Source: an uncultured Pseudobutyrivibrio sp. (GTDB taxonomy: Bacteria; Bacillota; Clostridia; Lachnospirales; Lachnospiraceae). From it: 64,000 nt of DNA. Both the position numbers and the translations under genes were made by a program. Positions 21,022 through 32,513 of the stretch are shown here, in pieces. A model generated the notes under the pieces. The model was not told the origin of the DNA. It did not search any database and worked only from the letters and a program-made list of their open reading frames with translations. The stretch is taken from positions 397 through 64,396 of the forward strand of contig CAMJBT010000007.1 of NCBI GenBank assembly GCA_946403965.1. Reading direction: 5' to 3'. Position 1 is the first letter of the stretch, and each line of letters opens with the position of its first letter.

Positions 21022-22095
21022 TTATTTATCATTCATCTTTGCAAGCTTTGCTGCCTGATCAGCTGCAATAAGAGCATCCAGAATTTCCTGAATATCTCCA
21101 TTCATAATCTTGTCAAGCTTGTAAAGTGTAAGGTTGATTCTGTGATCTGTAACACGTCCCTGAGGGAAGTTGTATGTACGAATCTTTTCAGCTCTGTCAC
21201 CAGTACCAATCTGGGAGCGACGCTCTGCTGCTTCTGCATCCTGCTGCTTTTGAAGCTCTAAATCGTAAAGTTTTGCACGAAGAAGTGCAAAAGCCTTTTC
21301 CTTATTCTGAAGCTGTGATTTCTCTGTCTGGCTGTAAATAACAATACCTGTTGGGTAGTGAGTAAGACGAACAGCTGAATCTGTTGTGTTGACACACTGA
21401 CCACCGTTACCAGAAGCACGCATTACGTCGATACGGATATCCTTTTCATCAATCTGAATATCTACTTCTTCTGCCTCTGGCATAACTGCTACAGAGCATG
21501 TAGATGTCTGAATACGTCCCTGTGACTCTGTCTCTGGCACTCGCTGTACACGATGTACACCTGACTCGTACTTGAGGATTGAATATGCTCCAGTTCCCTT
21601 AACCATGAACTCGATATTCTTCATTCCACCAATACCAGTTTCATCTGCCTCCAGAAGCTCTACCTTCCAACCACGAGACTCAACATAATGTACATACATA
21701 CGATAAATCTCTGCTGCGAAAAGTGCAGCTTCCTCACCGCCGGCACCTGCACGGATTTCCACGATAACGTTCTTATCATCATTAGGGTCCTTTGGAAGAA
21801 GGAGAATCTTAAGCTCCTGCTCTAATCTCTCAACCTCTGCCTTTGACTCATTAAGCTCTTCCTTTGCAAGCTCCTTCATCTCCTCATCTGACTCCTCTTC
21901 AAGAAGAGCGAGAGAATCCTCAATGTTCTGCTTGTGTGATGAATACTGCTTATAAGCCTCAACGATTGGAGCCAAATCTGACTGTTCCTTCATAAGTGCT
22001 CTAAAACGAGCATTGTCATTTGCAACATCTGGCTCAGAAAGAAGGTTCATAACCTCCTCATATCTAAGTACTAAATCTTCTAATCTATCAAACAT
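21022..22095 (-). CDS. prfA: Peptide chain release factor 1
   Basis: VPET (PxT) motif and GGQ; start at ATG 22095 after GGAGG. Confidence 0.97.
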   Translation of the reverse strand: MFDRLEDLVLRYEEVMNLLSEPDVANDNARFRALMKEQSDLAPIVEAYKQYSSHKQNIEDSLALLEEESDEEMKELAKEELNESKAEVERLEQELKILLLPKDPNDDKNVIVEIRAGAGGEEAALFAAEIYRMYVHYVESRGWKVELLEADETGIGGMKNIEFMVKGTGAYSILKYESGVHRVQRVPETESQGRIQTSTCSVAVMPEAEEVDIQIDEKDIRIDVMRASGNGGQCVNTTDSAVRLTHYPTGIVIYSQTEKSQLQNKEKAFALLRAKLYDLELQKQQDAEAAERRSQIGTGDRAEKIRTYNFPQGRVTDHRINLTLYKLDKIMNGDIQEILDALIAADQAAKLAKMNDK

Positions 22096-22159
22096 GCTAA
22101 AACTACCTCCATGTTGTAAGCAATCTATATAACTAACTTTTTCATTTATAACCAATCAG

Positions 22160-22990
22160 CTACAAATGACCTTTTACTACTCTGTCATTTCCTGCCAGGT
22201 CTTTGATAACCTGAACATCTTTGAAGCCTGCTAAAATAAACAAATCCTTTACATCCTGGCCCTGATCATATCCTATCTCTACTAAAAGCCATCCCCCATC
22301 ATTTAAATATTCCGGTGCATGACCTGTTATTTCACGATAGAAATACAAACCGTCTTCAGTGCCATCTAGTGCCAAACGTGGCTCATAATCCTTAACCTCA
22401 GTCTCAAGATTCTCTATATCAGCTGTTCTGATATATGGAGGATTTGAAACAATTGCATTAAACCTTCCGCTAACAGGCTGCCACAAATTTCCTTGTACAA
22501 AGACTACTTTAGCCCCTGCCAGCCTGTGACCATTCTCTCTTGCCACTGTAAGTGCCTCTTCTGAAATATCAACTCCAATTCCAGAAAGTCCAACTCCAAG
22601 CACAGCAAGAGAAATAATAACACATCCACTGCCGGTACACAAATCCAAAATGTGGCTTCCACTAGGAATCACCTTCAAAGCCTCTTCAACCAAGGTCTCT
22701 GTGTCCTGTCTTGGAACAAGAACATGTTCATTTACCCAAAAGGTAAGACCCATAAAATCCTGTTCTCCGGTGATGTGCTGTAAAGGTGTATGGCTTGCCC
22801 GCTTTAAAAGTAAGTCCTTGTATTTATACAAGGCTATCTCATCTATGGTCTCATTTTGTTTTAAGAAGAAATCAGCTCTACTAAGCTGAGTAACATATGA
22901 AAGCAAAAGCCATGCGTCAATCTTTGCATCAGCAATATCTTCAGACTCTAATAAAAGTATTCCTTTTTCTAAAGCTTGTCTAAACGTCAT
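22160..22990 (-). CDS. prmC: Release factor glutamine methyltransferase
   Basis: LVPRQDTE, DLCTGSG and SNPPY motifs. Confidence 0.96.
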   Translation of the reverse strand: MTFRQALEKGILLLESEDIADAKIDAWLLLSYVTQLSRADFFLKQNETIDEIALYKYKDLLLKRASHTPLQHITGEQDFMGLTFWVNEHVLVPRQDTETLVEEALKVIPSGSHILDLCTGSGCVIISLAVLGVGLSGIGVDISEEALTVARENGHRLAGAKVVFVQGNLWQPVSGRFNAIVSNPPYIRTADIENLETEVKDYEPRLALDGTEDGLYFYREITGHAPEYLNDGGWLLVEIGYDQGQDVKDLFILAGFKDVQVIKDLAGNDRVVKGHL

Positions 22991-23935
22991 TTAGAATGAA
23001 CCCTCGTTTTCCTTTTGGAACTTTTTCCAATCAAAAATGGCTTCAACTGAAGCTATACCCACTTCAATCATTTCATCATCTGGCTCCATAACAGTCAATC
23101 GCTGAAGCAACAAGCCTGGCTTTGATATTAAATCAACCACCTTGTTTTCATAGCGACCTGCCAAACGAATGAACTCGTATGACACTCCTGCAATAAATGG
23201 TACAAGTAGAAGTCTTGCACCAAGCTTAAGCCAGGTATTGTCAAAACGAATAAACATAAAAACAAATACTGATATTATAAAAACAATGAATATAAAGCTG
23301 GTTCCACATCTCTTGTGGAATCTGGTGGAACTACGAACATTTTCCACTGTAAGTGGCTTTCCCGACTCTACACAGTTGATACATTTGTGTTCTGCTCCAT
23401 GATACATAAATGTACGCTTTATATCTTCCATTCTGGAAATGACAGCCACATAACCAATAAAAATCGAAATTCGAATAACACCTTCAATAAAGGCAATCAA
23501 TGCCTGCGAAGCTATATATTTATTCAATGCAAGTGATAAAAAATATGGCATAGCTAAAAAGATTACTAGAGCAAGTGCAAATGAAAGCACTAATGTGCCG
23601 CCCATTTCTGCCTTTTCCTTCTTTTCCAGCTTTTTTAATTCCTCAGCTGAAAGCTTTGATTTATCCACTGCATCCTCATCATCTTCAAAAAATGAGGCAG
23701 AATACATTAATGTGCTAAGACCTATTGTCAGTGACTCTATAAAGGAGACCATTCCTCTAACAATTGGAATTTTATGCCATATATTATTTATGTCTTTTGT
23801 ATTTTTAACATCGACTGCTATTTCCTTATCAGGCTTTCTGACTGCCACGGCATATCTATTGCCATTGCGCATCATAACACCTTCCATAACAGCCTGACCA
23901 CCAATGCCAGAATATTTCATCAAAAACTTCCTCAA
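22991..23935 (-). CDS. DUF1385 membrane protein
   Basis: GGQAVMEGVMM, YHGAEHK and HKRCGTSF motifs; usual position between rpmE and prmC. Confidence 0.88.
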   Translation of the reverse strand: MRKFLMKYSGIGGQAVMEGVMMRNGNRYAVAVRKPDKEIAVDVKNTKDINNIWHKIPIVRGMVSFIESLTIGLSTLMYSASFFEDDEDAVDKSKLSAEELKKLEKKEKAEMGGTLVLSFALALVIFLAMPYFLSLALNKYIASQALIAFIEGVIRISIFIGYVAVISRMEDIKRTFMYHGAEHKCINCVESGKPLTVENVRSSTRFHKRCGTSFIFIVFIISVFVFMFIRFDNTWLKLGARLLLVPFIAGVSYEFIRLAGRYENKVVDLISKPGLLLQRLTVMEPDDEMIEVGIASVEAIFDWKKFQKENEGSF

Positions 23936-24021
23936 TACTATAATTCTGTCGGCAGCACTTTAAGCACTGACGCCATTTAAAACTCAAAAATAAAAATGCA
24001 TCCATGTCTATATAAACACGG

Positions 24022-24050
24022 AAAAAGGGCTGAGACGAATCTCAACCCTT
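24022..24050 (-). terminator. Intrinsic terminator after rpmE
   Basis: aagggttgagat-tcgt-ctcagccc followed by a T-run. Confidence 0.7.
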
Positions 24051-24068
24051 AAAAGTCCATACGGATGA

Positions 24069-24284
24069 CTACTTTGCGTCGATACCATACTTCTTGTTGA
24101 ACTTGTCAATACGTCCACGAGCCTGTGTAGCTTTCTGCTGGCCTGTGTAGAATGGATGACACTTTGAACAAATTTCTACGTGGATGCTCTCCTTTGTAGA
24201 ACCTGTTACGAATGTGTTACCGCAGTTGCAAGTAACTGTAGCCTGATAGTAATCTGGATGGATACCCTGTCTCATGATTTTCAC
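24069..24284 (-). CDS. rpmE: 50S ribosomal protein L31 (zinc-binding type)
   Basis: [20 protein letters not shown] and GRIDKF motifs. Confidence 0.97.
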   Translation of the reverse strand: MKIMRQGIHPDYYQATVTCNCGNTFVTGSTKESIHVEICSKCHPFYTGQQKATQARGRIDKFNKKYGIDAK

Positions 24285-24377
24285 CTCTCATTTAATAAAT
24301 GTTTACAATTTCCAACTGTAAGTATAACTGCTAAAAATGCGAGGTTATCGCATTTCATCCCGATTAACAGCTCTATA

Positions 24378-24406
24378 ACTATACCATGCATTAGTTCAAA
24401 TTGCAA
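24378..24406 (-). promoter_or_regulatory. SigmaA promoter of rpmE
   Basis: TTGCAA-N17-TATAGT with an extended TG. Confidence 0.7.
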
Positions 24407-24415
24407 GTGATACTT

Positions 24416-24931
24416 TTAGGACATCAATATATCCATTATTGCCATGTACACATCATCACTTCGAACCTTCCAATTATTGCAAAGAGTTTCTGCTTGTTCT
24501 TTAGTGGCAACATGGAATGATAAATCCATGGTAGGAGTATCATTTTCAGTGATTTTAAGCTGTACCACAAAACCACCTCTATCAGCCTTGAAATATGTGG
24601 CTCTGAAAGAATTTTCTTCTTTCATAGAAATGGAATTAGCTTTAAGATATTTATTAATATCCTTGGAGAGAGCTGGTGTGATTTTCTCCTTGAATAGCTC
24701 CAAGGTTCTGTTGCCCTCTTCTGTGATGGCGTAGGTTGTATTATTGTGATTTGTTCTAGAAAGAATTAAACCCGCATCCTCGTCATCACTAATGGCCTGT
24801 TGAGCCGTAAAATAATCTGTGAGGTTGCCCTCAAGAAAAAAATCTGTAATCTGACTATTACTAAGAGGAAATCCACTTCGATGAAGTAATTCTAGTATAG
24901 TAATTTTGTATATCAAATTTGGTTCCGCCAT
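24416..24931 (-). CDS. DUF4364-family protein (winged-helix-like N-terminus)
   Basis: YKITILELL...PLSNSQIT...DYFTAQ pattern; family assigned from memory, not by search. Confidence 0.75.
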   Translation of the reverse strand: MAEPNLIYKITILELLHRSGFPLSNSQITDFFLEGNLTDYFTAQQAISDDEDAGLILSRTNHNNTTYAITEEGNRTLELFKEKITPALSKDINKYLKANSISMKEENSFRATYFKADRGGFVVQLKITENDTPTMDLSFHVATKEQAETLCNNWKVRSDDVYMAIMDILMS

Positions 24932-24983
24932 GGAATCCCCTCCTGTTAAAACTTCATATCTATCAATCCTTAAATAATAAAGA

Positions 24984-26138
24984 TTAAACTAATGCTTTAA
25001 TTGCATTTGCTACTGCTACAGGAACTCTTGGGTCGAAGGCCTCAGGAAGAATAAATTCATCTGAAAGCTGCTCATCAGGAACAAGACTTGCGATAGTCTC
25101 GGCAGCTGCAAGCTTCATCTCCTCTGTGATAGCTGTAGCACGAGCCTCAAGGGCTCCTCTAAATATACCAGGGAATGCAACAACGTTATTTACCTGATTT
25201 GGGAAATCCGAACGACCGGTACCTACAACTCTGGCACCAGCAGCTCTAGCCTCGTCTGGCATAATCTCTGGTGTCGGATTGGCCATAGCAAAAAGGATTG
25301 AATCCTTAGCCATTGATGCTACCATTTCCTTAGATACAATACCAGGCGCTGATACGCCGACAAAAATATCTGCACCTACGAGAGCATCTGCAAGAGTTCC
25401 CTTTTTATGAGAAAGGTTTGTAACTTTTGTCATCTCTTGCTGCATCCAATTCAGATCTGGATAGTCAGGACCGATGATTCCCTGACGATCACACATAGTC
25501 ACATCCTTGAATCCATATGTAAGAAGTAACTTTGTGATAGCAATACCTGCTGAGCCTGCACCGTTAACAACAACCTTGCAGTTCTCTTTGTTCTTGCCCA
25601 CCACTTTTAAGGCATTGATAATACCTGCCAACACTACAATAGCAGTTCCGTGCTGATCATCATGGAAAACAGGGATATCAAGCTCTTTCTTCAGTCTCTC
25701 CTCGATTTCAAAGCATCTAGGAGCTGAAATATCCTCAAGATTGATTCCACCAAAGGTAGGTGCTATTGCCTTTACAGCAGCAACTATCTCGTCTGGATCC
25801 TGAGTATCTAAAACTATAGGGAATGCGTTGACACCGCCAAACTCTTTAAACAGTACACATTTACCCTCCATAACTGGAAGACCTGCAAGTGGTCCAATAT
25901 TTCCAAGGCCAAGCACTGCCGAGCCATCAGATACTACAGCTACAGTATTTGCTTTAATAGTGTAGTTGTATGCCTCCTCGCTGTCCTCTGCAATGATACG
26001 ACATGGTGCCGCAACTCCTGGAGTGTAAGCAATGGATAAATCCTCTCTTGTCTTGACTGGTGCTTTTGACACCGTCTCAATCTTTCCATTCCACTGCTTG
26101 TGTAAAAATACCGCTGTTTCGTCTACGTTTGCCATCAT
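24984..26138 (-). CDS. NAD(P)-dependent malic enzyme
   Basis: [28 protein letters not shown] and NQVNN motifs. Confidence 0.93.
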   Translation of the reverse strand: MMANVDETAVFLHKQWNGKIETVSKAPVKTREDLSIAYTPGVAAPCRIIAEDSEEAYNYTIKANTVAVVSDGSAVLGLGNIGPLAGLPVMEGKCVLFKEFGGVNAFPIVLDTQDPDEIVAAVKAIAPTFGGINLEDISAPRCFEIEERLKKELDIPVFHDDQHGTAIVVLAGIINALKVVGKNKENCKVVVNGAGSAGIAITKLLLTYGFKDVTMCDRQGIIGPDYPDLNWMQQEMTKVTNLSHKKGTLADALVGADIFVGVSAPGIVSKEMVASMAKDSILFAMANPTPEIMPDEARAAGARVVGTGRSDFPNQVNNVVAFPGIFRGALEARATAITEEMKLAAAETIASLVPDEQLSDEFILPEAFDPRVPVAVANAIKALV

Positions 26139-26224
26139 TATTCCCTCCTAAAGCTAATGTTAAAAATTCTTGCTGATTTTGCAGCAAAAATATATAAAGC
26201 GATTCAAAATAATAATTGAATCGG

Positions 26225-27715
26225 TTATATCACTCTCTTGCGAATAACCATATCAATATAGTCATCGTTGCACTTTGTATGTGCAAACATATTTAATATG
26301 GTTTCAATAGCATCCTCTTTGCGGGCACTATTAATCGCTTTTCTCATAATTTCCATAGCATCAAGCTCTTTTCTCGAAAGAAGCAAATCTTCTCTTCGAG
26401 TACCTGAAGCAGTGATATCGATAGCTGGGAATATTCTCTTTTCAGAAAGCTTTCTATCAAGAATAAGCTCCATATTACCTGTACCCTTGAACTCCTCGTA
26501 AACAACATCGTCCATCTTTGAACCAGTCTCTACAAGAGCTGTTGCAAGGATTGTAAGGCTTCCGCCCTCTCTCATGTTACGGGCAGCACCAAAGAACTTC
26601 TTTGGCATATGAAGAGCCGCCGGATCAAGACCACCTGAAAGTGTACGTCCTGATGGCTGTACCGTAAGGTTGTAAGCACGAGCAAGTCTTGTGATAGAAT
26701 CCAACAGAATCATAACATCCTGTCCATGCTCCACAAGTCTCTTTGCTCTCTCGATAACCATTTCAGAAACTCTTCTGTGGTGTTCTGGGCTTTCATCGAA
26801 AGTAGAATATATAACCTCAACATTTTTACTATTTCTCATTGTATCCTTCATATCGGTAACTTCCTCTGGACGCTCATCGATAAGAAGAATGATAAGGTGC
26901 ATATCTGGATGAGAATAATTTACAGATGTAGCAACCTCTTTTAAAAGTGTGGTCTTACCTGCCTTAGGCTGGGCAACAATCATACCACGCTGTCCCTTAC
27001 CAATAGGGCTGACCAAATCAACAATACGCATTGCAACTGAGCTACGCTGACGCTCCAGACGAATACGTTCGTTTGGAAAGATTGGTGTAAGATCCTCAAA
27101 ATTTGGACGTCTAGTGGCTGCCCCAGGATCGTAGCCATTGATTGTATCAATAATCATAAGAGCTGCAAACTTGTCCGTCGGATTATTGAAACGTTTCTTT
27201 CCAATGATAATATCTCCAGTCTTAAGATTGAACTTCTTAATCTGAGACTGAGAAACATATACATCCTCGTTACCAGGCATGTAATTATCACAACGAATAA
27301 AACCGAAACCATCACTCATTACTTCCAGAATACCACTAGCATGTAACAAACCATCTGTAGGAATATCCTGAAGGAACGCATCACGATCTTCTGTTCGTTC
27401 TGGACGCTCTGGTCTCTCTGGGCGTTCAGTTCTTTCTGCACCTTCAACCATACGAGGTCTACGAGGTCTTTCTGGGCGTTCAGACCTTTCAGCTCTATCC
27501 TCTTTTGTAACCCGCTCTCTTGCTGGAGCCTTTTCTACTGCTTCTTTTGCAGGAGCTTCTTCTTTCGTGCCAGCTTCCTTTGCATCCAAAGCATCCTGAG
27601 CTAACATAGCCTCAACCAATTCAGCTTTTCTCATAGAGGTAGCGCCTTTAATCCCTCTAGCCTTCGCTAAATCCTTGAGCACCGTAGCTGCTAAGCTTTC
27701 ATATTTTTCTCTCAT
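26225..27715 (-). CDS. rho: Transcription termination factor Rho with an N-terminal charged insertion
   Basis: GFGF RNP motif, [19 protein letters not shown] and [10 protein letters not shown]. Confidence 0.97.
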   Translation of the reverse strand: MREKYESLAATVLKDLAKARGIKGATSMRKAELVEAMLAQDALDAKEAGTKEEAPAKEAVEKAPARERVTKEDRAERSERPERPRRPRMVEGAERTERPERPERPERTEDRDAFLQDIPTDGLLHASGILEVMSDGFGFIRCDNYMPGNEDVYVSQSQIKKFNLKTGDIIIGKKRFNNPTDKFAALMIIDTINGYDPGAATRRPNFEDLTPIFPNERIRLERQRSSVAMRIVDLVSPIGKGQRGMIVAQPKAGKTTLLKEVATSVNYSHPDMHLIILLIDERPEEVTDMKDTMRNSKNVEVIYSTFDESPEHHRRVSEMVIERAKRLVEHGQDVMILLDSITRLARAYNLTVQPSGRTLSGGLDPAALHMPKKFFGAARNMREGGSLTILATALVETGSKMDDVVYEEFKGTGNMELILDRKLSEKRIFPAIDITASGTRREDLLLSRKELDAMEIMRKAINSARKEDAIETILNMFAHTKCNDDYIDMVIRKRVI

Positions 27716-27836
27716 TTAACACTCCTTAAAAAATTTATATGATTAAAAAAAAATAACGTCATGGAATTAAAAGTCGAATCGACTAATGAATAAACCTAAT
27801 GATAAGTGAATTATATACTGAAAATCTGTTCATGTA

Positions 27837-27872
27837 AATAGGGCTCCATCAAAAATTGATTGGAGCCCTATT
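27837..27872. terminator. Intrinsic terminator after ppaC
   Basis: aatagggctcca-N12-tggagccctatt inverted repeat. Confidence 0.75.
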
Positions 27873-27884
27873 GGTATTTGAGTA

Positions 27885-29540
27885 TTATTCTTGTAATGAT
27901 TCCATGATTGGAGGAATGAGCTGCTTTTTACGTGATACTACGCCTTCGAGGATGTAGCTGTCTGTAGCAACAGGCATTCTGAATGCATCTGCGATAATCT
28001 TGTCAGCAGAATCGCCTACAAAGAGAAGCTCAGTGCTTTCATTGAGGATATCTGTAAGCATTACGAATACTGCATCAAGCCCTGCAGAGCTTTGAACAGT
28101 CTTCATGTATTCCTTGATAGCTTCCTTTACTCCGTTGAGCTGGCTCTTAGAAATTGAGCTAACCTGAGCAACTCCAAAGCTGATATCACCACTTGTAAAT
28201 ACCTTGTAGTCCTGATTGAAAATCTGGTCAGGTGTACGATCCTTGAAATCTGAACCAGCTTCAAACATTGATGTAGCAAGTTCTGTAACATCTACACCTG
28301 CAATTGTAGCAAGCTTTCTAGCAGCTGTCTCATCTACTGGTGTACATGTAGGTGATCTAAACATAAGAGTATCTGAAAGGATTGCTGAGCAAAGCACTCC
28401 AGCAATATGCTTTGGAATATCAACGCCAAGCTCATCATACATAAGAGATACGATTGTAGCTGTAGAACCAAGAGGCTGATTTCTGAAATAGATAGGTGAA
28501 ACCGTCTCAAGAGAACCAAGTCTGTGGTGATCGATGATTTCAAGCACATCTGCTTCATCAAGGTGATCAACAGCCTGTGATTTCTCGTTGTGGTCTACAA
28601 GAATAACTTGCTTCTTTTGCATATTTAAAAGAAGTCGACGTGAAACCATTCCCACATAGTGTCTGTTTTCATCCAAAATTGGGAAATCTCGGTGACGAAC
28701 TGACTTCATAATGTCTCTAACATCATCTACATAGTCGTCTAACTCAAAACTTACGATGTCGTCTGTCTTCATGAACTGACGAACAGGCATTGACTGGTGA
28801 ATAAGACGAGCAACTGTAAATGTATCATATTCCGTTGTGATAAGAACACACTGATGCTCTTCTGCAAGCTTTGCAACTTCAGGCTCAACTTCACTGGCAC
28901 CGCAAACAACAAGGCAACTACATCCAGCTTCGATACAAATAAGCTGACGTGCTGTGATATTTCCAACGATTGCCATGTCATCTCTGTTGATATCTTCCTT
29001 TAAATCTTCTCGGTTGCTAGAAGCGATAACAACTGCACCTCTAACAAAATATGCATGTGGATTACCTGTAACAAGTGTTCCATTTAATGTGCTGATAATG
29101 TTGCTGTACTGTGTTCTAGCACGTGAAAGAATGCTGTTGTCGTAAACATCCATGTATGAATATGCGATATCTCCGTTTACGATAACGCCTTCAAGCTTTC
29201 CAGTTTTTCCAACTACAGGAAGTGTAGCAACATCTCTTTCAAGCATGATTTCCCATGCCTTTTTCAATGAGATGTGACCATCAACTGGATCAAGTCTTCT
29301 GTATTCGATGTCAGAAAGCTGTGCTCCTACATCTGTAACTGTCTCTGGCTCAGCAACGCCAAAGCGTTCCAAAACATAACGGGTCTCCTCGTTGAGTTGA
29401 CCCGCTTTTTTAGCTTCATAAACTGTGTCTTTCTTGTTTCTTTTTGCAATTTGATTCTTGAGATAAGCGTATGCTACCGCAGCACATACACTATCTGTGT
29501 CAGGGTTTTTGTGCCCTACAATATAAACCGAATTCGGCAT
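27885..29540 (-). CDS. ppaC: Mn-dependent inorganic pyrophosphatase with CBS-DRTGG insertion
   Basis: GHKNPDTDS, LVDHN, IDHH and SRKKQ motifs; two CBS domains flanking DRTGG. Confidence 0.93.
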   Translation of the reverse strand: MPNSVYIVGHKNPDTDSVCAAVAYAYLKNQIAKRNKKDTVYEAKKAGQLNEETRYVLERFGVAEPETVTDVGAQLSDIEYRRLDPVDGHISLKKAWEIMLERDVATLPVVGKTGKLEGVIVNGDIAYSYMDVYDNSILSRARTQYSNIISTLNGTLVTGNPHAYFVRGAVVIASSNREDLKEDINRDDMAIVGNITARQLICIEAGCSCLVVCGASEVEPEVAKLAEEHQCVLITTEYDTFTVARLIHQSMPVRQFMKTDDIVSFELDDYVDDVRDIMKSVRHRDFPILDENRHYVGMVSRRLLLNMQKKQVILVDHNEKSQAVDHLDEADVLEIIDHHRLGSLETVSPIYFRNQPLGSTATIVSLMYDELGVDIPKHIAGVLCSAILSDTLMFRSPTCTPVDETAARKLATIAGVDVTELATSMFEAGSDFKDRTPDQIFNQDYKVFTSGDISFGVAQVSSISKSQLNGVKEAIKEYMKTVQSSAGLDAVFVMLTDILNESTELLFVGDSADKIIADAFRMPVATDSYILEGVVSRKKQLIPPIMESLQE

Positions 29541-29568
29541 AATTCCTCCGTAAATCTAACTTTTATAA

Positions 29569-30258
29569 CTATATCATTCCAATAGCAGCTAAAAATGCCG
29601 CAACGCTCACACCAAGTGAAAGAGCAAGAAGAACAATTACAACAATTGAAAGCTTCTTAAGAGAGCTATAATGCTCAAGTGCCTTTACAGCCTGCTCTTC
29701 GCTGTTGTCATGTTCCTTTAATAAATCCTGAATCAATCGATAAAGATGAACAGATTCTGAGTGGGTTTTCTCAGATAATTCGCTTTGGATTGTATCAAGA
29801 CCTGCAGACACATTTCTAAGAGTATCCTGAAGATTTCTGTTATGTGTCTCATAAGACTCTTGATTATCATTCACTTGGCCTTTAATGTCAAGTTCAAGTT
29901 GATCCATATTGTTTTTAACAACCTGCATCATTCTATCTACTTGAGTCTCCACATCTGCCACAAGGCCATCTGCTTCTTCCTGCTTCTTGTTGAGTTCTTC
30001 CTGAAGCTTTACATTGATAGCTTCCTTTTCTCTAACTAATGCCTCAAGCTCTGCAGCCTTTTGTTCCTTAGCTGCAATAAGCTGTTGAAGCTGTGTTGCT
30101 TTCTCACGGAAAGCATCAATCTGTTCAAGAAGCAAATCCTCTCCATTATCGATTTCAATTGAGGTTACATTGACTTTAGGAGCCTCTTCTTCTGGCTTCT
30201 CTGTATTTGTAAACTCTGCCTCCTCAAGATCAATCTGCTCTACATTAATATTATCCAT
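29569..30258 (-). CDS. Hypothetical coiled-coil protein with a C-terminal transmembrane anchor
   Basis: 229 aa, Glu/Gln/Leu heptad-rich, hydrophobic tail, RBS present. Confidence 0.8.
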   Translation of the reverse strand: MDNINVEQIDLEEAEFTNTEKPEEEAPKVNVTSIEIDNGEDLLLEQIDAFREKATQLQQLIAAKEQKAAELEALVREKEAINVKLQEELNKKQEEADGLVADVETQVDRMMQVVKNNMDQLELDIKGQVNDNQESYETHNRNLQDTLRNVSAGLDTIQSELSEKTHSESVHLYRLIQDLLKEHDNSEEQAVKALEHYSSLKKLSIVVIVLLALSLGVSVAAFLAAIGMI

Positions 30259-30294
30259 ACCATTTTCTCCTTTAATAATCAGTTCTAATAAGAA

Positions 30295-31698
30295 TTAGAA
30301 TGTAAACTTGTCTGCGAAGTATGCATCCAAGTCAGCAATAGCGATACGCTCCTGCTCCATTGAATCACGGTGACGAATTGTAACCATGTTGTCTTCTTCT
30401 GAATCAAAATCATAAGTGATGCAGAATGGTGTACCGATTTCATCCATACGACGATATCTCTTACCAATTGTACCTCTGTCGTCGAACTCGCAGTTGTACT
30501 TCTTTGAAAGCTCTGCAAAGACCTTCTCTGCACCCTCATTGAGCTTCTTTGAAAGTGGAAGCACACCAATCTTTACTGGTGCAAGTGCTGGATGGAAACG
30601 AAGTACTGTACGAACATCGCTCTTTCCATCTTTACCAACTTCTTCCTCATCATATGCTGCACAAAGGAATGCAAGAACCACACGATCTGCACCAAGTGAT
30701 GGTTCGATAACGTATGGGAGATACTTTTCATTTGTCTCATCATCAAAGTAAGTAAGGTCCTGACCAGAAACATTCTGATGCTGTGTAAGGTCATAATCTG
30801 TACGGCTGGCAATACCCCAAAGCTCACCCCATCCAAATGGGAATAAGTACTCGATATCTGTTGTGCCAGTTGAGTAGAATGAAAGCTCCTCTGGATCATG
30901 GTCACGAAGACGCATCTCATCCTCTTTCATACCAAGTGAAAGAAGCCAATCACGGCAGAAGCTTCTCCAATACTGGAACCACTCATCCTGTGTACCTGGC
31001 TTGCAGAAGAACTCAAGCTCCATCTGCTCAAACTCACGTGTACGGAATGTAAAGTTTCCTGGAGTGATTTCATTACGGAATGACTTACCAATCTGACCTA
31101 TACCAAATGGAACCTTCTTACGTGATGTACGCTGTACATTCTTGAAGTTTACAAAGATTCCCTGTGCTGTCTCTGGGCGAAGATAAACAGTGTTCTTTGC
31201 ATCCTCAGTAACACCCTGGAATGTCTTGAACATAAGGTTGAACTCTCGAATATCTGTGAAGTTGTGCTTTCCACATGTAGGACAAGGAACATTGTTGCTA
31301 TCGATGAATTCCTTCATCTCATCCTTGCTCCAACCATCAACTGATGACTTAAGCTCAATATTATTCTCCTGAGCAAAATCTTCGATAATCTTGTCAGCTC
31401 TAAATCTCTCGTGGCACTCTTTACAATCCATAAGTGGATCTGAGAATGAACCAAGATGTCCAGAAGCAATCCATGTCTGTGGATTCATAAGAATAGCACA
31501 ATCAACACCAACATTGTATGGATTCTGCTGAACGAACTTCTGCCACCAAGCTTTTTTAACGTTGTTCTTGAGCTCAACACCAAGGTTTCCATAGTCCCAA
31601 GTGTTTGCAAGACCACCGTAAATTTCAGAGCCTGCGTATACGAAGCCTCTAGCCTTTGCAAGGGCTATGATTTTGTCCATTGTCTTTTCCATGTTCAC
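30295..31698 (-). CDS. glyQS: Glycine--tRNA ligase (homodimeric type)
   Basis: [34 protein letters not shown] and IGKRYRR motifs. Confidence 0.96.
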   Translation of the reverse strand: MNMEKTMDKIIALAKARGFVYAGSEIYGGLANTWDYGNLGVELKNNVKKAWWQKFVQQNPYNVGVDCAILMNPQTWIASGHLGSFSDPLMDCKECHERFRADKIIEDFAQENNIELKSSVDGWSKDEMKEFIDSNNVPCPTCGKHNFTDIREFNLMFKTFQGVTEDAKNTVYLRPETAQGIFVNFKNVQRTSRKKVPFGIGQIGKSFRNEITPGNFTFRTREFEQMELEFFCKPGTQDEWFQYWRSFCRDWLLSLGMKEDEMRLRDHDPEELSFYSTGTTDIEYLFPFGWGELWGIASRTDYDLTQHQNVSGQDLTYFDDETNEKYLPYVIEPSLGADRVVLAFLCAAYDEEEVGKDGKSDVRTVLRFHPALAPVKIGVLPLSKKLNEGAEKVFAELSKKYNCEFDDRGTIGKRYRRMDEIGTPFCITYDFDSEEDNMVTIRHRDSMEQERIAIADLDAYFADKFTF

Positions 31699-31724
31699 TA
31701 TTTCCTCTCGTTTCTATATGTTAT

Positions 31725-32513
31725 CTATTTGGCTGTATAGATGATATAAACCAAATCGGTAGCATCATCATTTCCATCAGCCTGCTTTATGTTAACTGTG
31801 GAAGCATCTATTATTTCTGTAGATGGCTCAGAGACATATGTAATCTCCCCAGGAACAACCACAGTACAGTTTTCCTTTACAATTGCAATATTGCTGTCGG
31901 CAAAAGTGCTTTCTGTATCTATTGTCTGCCCATCAGACTTCTTGGAATCAGCAACAACTGAGAACACTTCCTCGAAATCATATCCAGCAGAAACTGCACC
32001 CTCATAATTTCCAACATATGTATCATAAGAAGTAAAGGTGCTATAAGCCTTTGCATCTGTATAAGTAGTTTTGATATATGCCTGATTTCCCTTGAAACGA
32101 ATCTTGTCCAAAGTGACAGCTTTACTACCATATGAATCATTGAAATCTTTGATAAGATCCTTGGTGTAAGTCTTTAAATCAGACTTTGAATAGGTATCAG
32201 TATCAAAATCTACAACTTCTTCAAAAACAACTTTTCCAGATTTATCGAATGTAATTGTAGAAACATCAGATGATTTTCCAGAACCAAACAATGCTCCAAT
32301 GAGCTTTATAATAAGGAAAATCAAAAGCGCCAGCACCGCCAAACATCCAACACAAAAGATGATACGGTTGCGCATTACCTCACGTTGTCTCTTTTTTCTT
32401 CTAGCTGCCTGTAACTCTTTGGCAGCAACACCCTGTCTTGGCCTTCCGGAATTGCTGTTAATATTTCTTGAACGCATACCTGAACCGGAACCCACAGGTC
32501 TTCTCTGTGTCAT
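31725..32513 (-). CDS. Hypothetical single-pass membrane protein
   Basis: Arg-rich N-terminus, TM helix and beta-rich extracellular domain; overlaps the recO stop. Confidence 0.8.
   Translation of the reverse strand: MTQRRPVGSGSGMRSRNINSNSGRPRQGVAAKELQAARRKKRQREVMRNRIIFCVGCLAVLALLIFLIIKLIGALFGSGKSSDVSTITFDKSGKVVFEEVVDFDTDTYSKSDLKTYTKDLIKDFNDSYGSKAVTLDKIRFKGNQAYIKTTYTDAKAYSTFTSYDTYVGNYEGAVSAGYDFEEVFSVVADSKKSDGQTIDTESTFADSNIAIVKENCTVVVPGEITYVSEPSTEIIDASTVNIKQADGNDDATDLVYIIYTAK

Noticed and set aside
31699-31724. T-box upstream of glyQS
   Set aside because: Only 26 bp separate it from the upstream gene, and no T-box sequence is present.
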